This document shows, in pieces, positions 59,284 to 61,658 of a stretch of 61,658 nucleotides of DNA (positions are counted from its first letter, which is position 1; every line of letters begins with the position of its first letter). The stretch is taken from positions 1 through 61,658 of IMG/VR virus record IMGVR_UViG_3300043640_000110. One strand, 5' to 3'. Made by a program: the position numbers and the translations under genes. The stretch is from a virus. Its lineage: Duplodnaviria > Caudoviricetes. The notes beneath the pieces are model-generated. The model did not search any database. It was given only the letters and a program-made list of their open reading frames with translations, and was not told the DNA's origin.

Positions 59284-59620
59284 TCGGGCGCGTCCGCAAG
59301 GGCGTGTTCAGAATCAGCCTAAGACTTAAGGATTCAGAACTGGAATTACCGTTTTCAGACTTCTACCCGAGAGATTTAAGCTGGCGCAACAAACACCAAA
59401 GCAGCAGATAAGGTCATCAAAGCGGCGTCATTGGTTCGAATCCGATAGGGGCCCCCAAAATTTATGGCCCCTTAACTCAGCGGTAGAGTGCCGTGATAAG
59501 ACTAAACCGAATCGGGACTGTTAGGTGTGATTCAAATAGCCAAAAATTAAGTCTGATCTTATAAATCAGTTACTAATTTGACTAGGGGCGGTTTCTCAGG
59601 CACGAGGGCCGCCCTGTAAT
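59284..59620 (+). ncRNA. Structured ncRNA with circularly permuted tRNA-like domain (YrlA-like topology)
   Basis: T arm 59430-59446, acceptor stem 59447-59453/59466-59472 with CCA at 59455-59457, D arm 59475-59489, flanking hairpins. Confidence 0.8.
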
Positions 59621-59635
59621 AAAAACTGCAATAAA

Positions 59636-59842
59636 ATGCTCTTACTGTACGTCATTCACGACCATCCTTCGGATTTCCCGGATTGGTACGTAATTACCAA
59701 GTGGGACCTGTCTGTGCGCCTTGGTGTTTTTGGGTTTTGCAGGACTCTAGAAGAGGCGAGAGTGCATTTAAGTAGAAAAGGTTTAGTAAATATCGGGCGG
59801 GAACCCGATGACGATCCTAAGATTGTTGAGGTATGGGTTTAA
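59636..59842 (+). CDS. Hypothetical protein
   Basis: HPSDFPD..LEEAR..REPDDDPKIVEVW conserved phage pattern. Confidence 0.65.
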   Translation: MLLLYVIHDHPSDFPDWYVITKWDLSVRLGVFGFCRTLEEARVHLSRKGLVNIGREPDDDPKIVEVWV

Positions 59843-60091
59843 ATGGCTCTAGGAATTATCAATGAACAATGGGAAGAATTTTCTAAAAAGGTCATCCCTG
59901 ATACCGCTAGCGATAATCAGCGCAAAGCGATGAAGAGAGCCTTTTACGGCGGCGCTGGGTCTCTTTTGTTTTCCATCGTTGGTTTACTGGACGCCGACTC
60001 AGAACCTACCGATAAAGATCTCCTCATGATGACCTCGATTCATAATGAACTGGAGAACTTTAGCGCAGCCTGTCTAAGGGGAGAGCAATAA
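59843..60091 (+). CDS. Hypothetical protein
   Basis: Q...MKRAFYGGA phage pattern. Confidence 0.65.
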   Translation: MALGIINEQWEEFSKKVIPDTASDNQRKAMKRAFYGGAGSLLFSIVGLLDADSEPTDKDLLMMTSIHNELENFSAACLRGEQ

Positions 60092-60095
60092 CCAG

Positions 60096-60347
60096 ATGCC
60101 TAACCAAATGCCTGTAGCTGCCAAAGCCGTGATTCACGTCATGGGAGGAATTCTCCCTCACTACCCGATACCGGAACACTCCAAGTCCTGGCACTACACC
60201 TCTACAGATTTTGAAGCCGATCAGCTCATCCCCAAAGATCAGCCGACTAAGTTTTCAACGATGCTGGATGAGGCGCACGAATACGCCAAGGGGTTATCCA
60301 ACCCGGCGTACTTAAACTGGGTCAAGGTCGAATGGATGTGGATCTGA
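60096..60347 (+). CDS. Hypothetical protein
   Basis: GGAG RBS. Confidence 0.55.
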   Translation: MPNQMPVAAKAVIHVMGGILPHYPIPEHSKSWHYTSTDFEADQLIPKDQPTKFSTMLDEAHEYAKGLSNPAYLNWVKVEWMWI

Positions 60348-60348
60348 A

Positions 60349-60660
60349 ATGCCTGAGACTCGCGTAGTGAATGTCCGAACTGAAATATGCGACATCTACA
60401 TCGGTCGCGAGCATCCAGCGGGTTACGCACGTTCCAAGTGGGCGAACCGGTACATGGTGGGCCGGGATGGGGATAGAGAGGAATGCATTGCCCTCTACGA
60501 AGCCGACCTACGCGCCGATCCGGAAAAGATGCGGCAAGCTGTAAGGGAGCTATCCGGGAAGCGCCTGGGGTGCTGGTGTGCTCCGGCTCCCTGTCATGGC
60601 GATGTGTTGGTACAGATTATTGAGGAAGCCCATGCCAAGCTATCAATGCGAACACTGTAG
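60349..60660 (+). CDS. DUF4326 domain protein
   Basis: DIYIGR..SKWAN..L.GK.LGCWCAP.PCHGDVL. Confidence 0.88.
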   Translation: MPETRVVNVRTEICDIYIGREHPAGYARSKWANRYMVGRDGDREECIALYEADLRADPEKMRQAVRELSGKRLGCWCAPAPCHGDVLVQIIEEAHAKLSMRTL

Positions 60661-60880
60661 CGGAACCTACGAAGAGATCCCCGAGAGAGAACCTGAGGCT
60701 CAAGCGGAAGCGAAGAAACTTTTCTCAATCGATGGCGATCTGGTTCGCATTTGTCATAGCTGCTGGGTTCTCGTAATGATGAATGCAGAACGTCAAGGCG
60801 TGATCGGCCCCCAGTGGCGCGAGTTGCTGGACGAGGAAGACCGCAAACTGATTGGACGCTTATTTTTGGAGGCTCAATAG
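60632..60880 (+). CDS. Zn-finger hypothetical protein
   Basis: CEHC...CHSCW. Confidence 0.55.
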   Translation: MPSYQCEHCSGTYEEIPEREPEAQAEAKKLFSIDGDLVRICHSCWVLVMMNAERQGVIGPQWRELLDEEDRKLIGRLFLEAQ

Positions 60881-61621
60881 ATGCCAACCCTACGACCTGA
60901 ACTAACTACACTCCCGCTCCGGATGCTTTCCCTTCCCATCGACAAGCGCGGTTATCCTGTCCCCTGGTTCGTCGCCTGGGTGAACGGGGAACCTGAGTTC
61001 CGTCTCCTGGACCCCGACAAGTGGCTCCGTGCGACTCGCAATAAACTCTGTTGGGTTTGTGGCGAGCGCCTGGGTCAATACATGGCATTCGTCATCGGCC
61101 CCATGTGCGGCATTACGCGGACCACCAGCGAACCGCCCTGCCATCTGGAGTGCGCTACATGGTCAGCAATCAACTGTCCTTTCCTGGCGCGGCCCAACAT
61201 GGTTCGACGCGAGAACGATCTACCGGAAAGCACGATTGCCCCGCCCGGTGTCCACCTGGATCGAAATCCCGGCGTGATGCTTGTCTGGATATCCAAGCGC
61301 CCCTATCAGATCTTTAAAGACCACCAAGGAAGGCCGCTCATTCAGGTAGGAGATCCCGACTCTATGAAGTGGTACACGGAGGGCCGGGAAGCCACGACGC
61401 CGGAAGTCCTGAACGCGATCTACGCCGGATTGCCATTCGTGTACAGTGAGCTTCCCCGTGGAGAGCAACGGGACATGTTCAAGGAACACGCGCAAGATTT
61501 TCTAGCCCAGCTGCCGGAGGCTGTACCAGGTACACCGAACCTGCTCCCCAATCTCGATTTGCCGACAGGTACAAATCAGGTACAGTCAACCAATAACGAT
61601 TTTCCAAACGATAGAAAATAA
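60881..61621 (+). CDS. Conserved phage hypothetical protein (Cys/His motif)
   Basis: RGYPVPWFV, CWVCG, EPPCHLECA..S..CPFL. Confidence 0.7.
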   Translation: MPTLRPELTTLPLRMLSLPIDKRGYPVPWFVAWVNGEPEFRLLDPDKWLRATRNKLCWVCGERLGQYMAFVIGPMCGITRTTSEPPCHLECATWSAINCPFLARPNMVRRENDLPESTIAPPGVHLDRNPGVMLVWISKRPYQIFKDHQGRPLIQVGDPDSMKWYTEGREATTPEVLNAIYAGLPFVYSELPRGEQRDMFKEHAQDFLAQLPEAVPGTPNLLPNLDLPTGTNQVQSTNNDFPNDRK

Positions 61622-61658
61622 AGGGGATATTGTCATTCCCGTTCATATGCCGGGTATG

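Larger units (their letters stand above)
1..61658. mobile_element. Complete temperate bacteriophage genome (podovirus-like), circular assembly
   Basis: Terminase, portal, capsid and tail modules plus integrases. Ends overlap by 127 bp. No host housekeeping genes and no tape measure. Confidence 0.93.

Noticed and set aside
59430-59497. Canonical tRNA or tmRNA gene
   Set aside because: Halves are in permuted order with no anticodon loop; it has a D stem, no G3-U70 pair and no evident tag ORF.
61532-61658. Direct terminal repeat as a biological DTR
   Set aside because: 127 bp equals a common assembler k-mer and the repeat cuts through a gene, so it is treated as a circularisation overlap.
1-61658. 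Stop-codon reassignment
   Set aside because: Standard-code ORFs tile the genome densely, and TAA, TAG and TGA all end genes.

Overview
Apparently complete, circularly assembled genome (61,531 bp plus a 127-bp end overlap) of a temperate podovirus-like tailed phage. An Acidobacteria host is inferred from the integrase N-terminus and a small AT-hook protein. The + arm (47.9 kb through the junction to 16.3 kb) carries early genes, two tyrosine recombinases, a candidate attP at the contig junction, a ParB/ATPase/DinG/Cas4-like/Sak4-like/ERCC4 DNA-metabolism block and a cluster of 4 glycosyltransferases plus 2 methyltransferases. The - arm (47.4 to 16.2 kb) carries TerS, a TerL split into two genes, portal, scaffold, capsid, adaptors, tailspike, nozzle, fibre and ejection proteins. 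The most striking element is at 58.5-59.6 kb: a 253-aa protein (DUF7873-like, recognised from memory) followed directly by a ~335-nt structured ncRNA. That RNA contains a circularly permuted tRNA-like domain with an encoded CCA and periodic U(C/A)AG motifs, and no Ro60 gene is present. Other points of interest are a leaderless late-promoter motif (TTGMC-N8-TAWWYT-N6-start), RBS-occluding hairpin switches in the early region, signal peptides on virion-type proteins, and no recognisable endolysin, primase or DNA polymerase. All protein calls rest on motif recognition by eye, without database searches.
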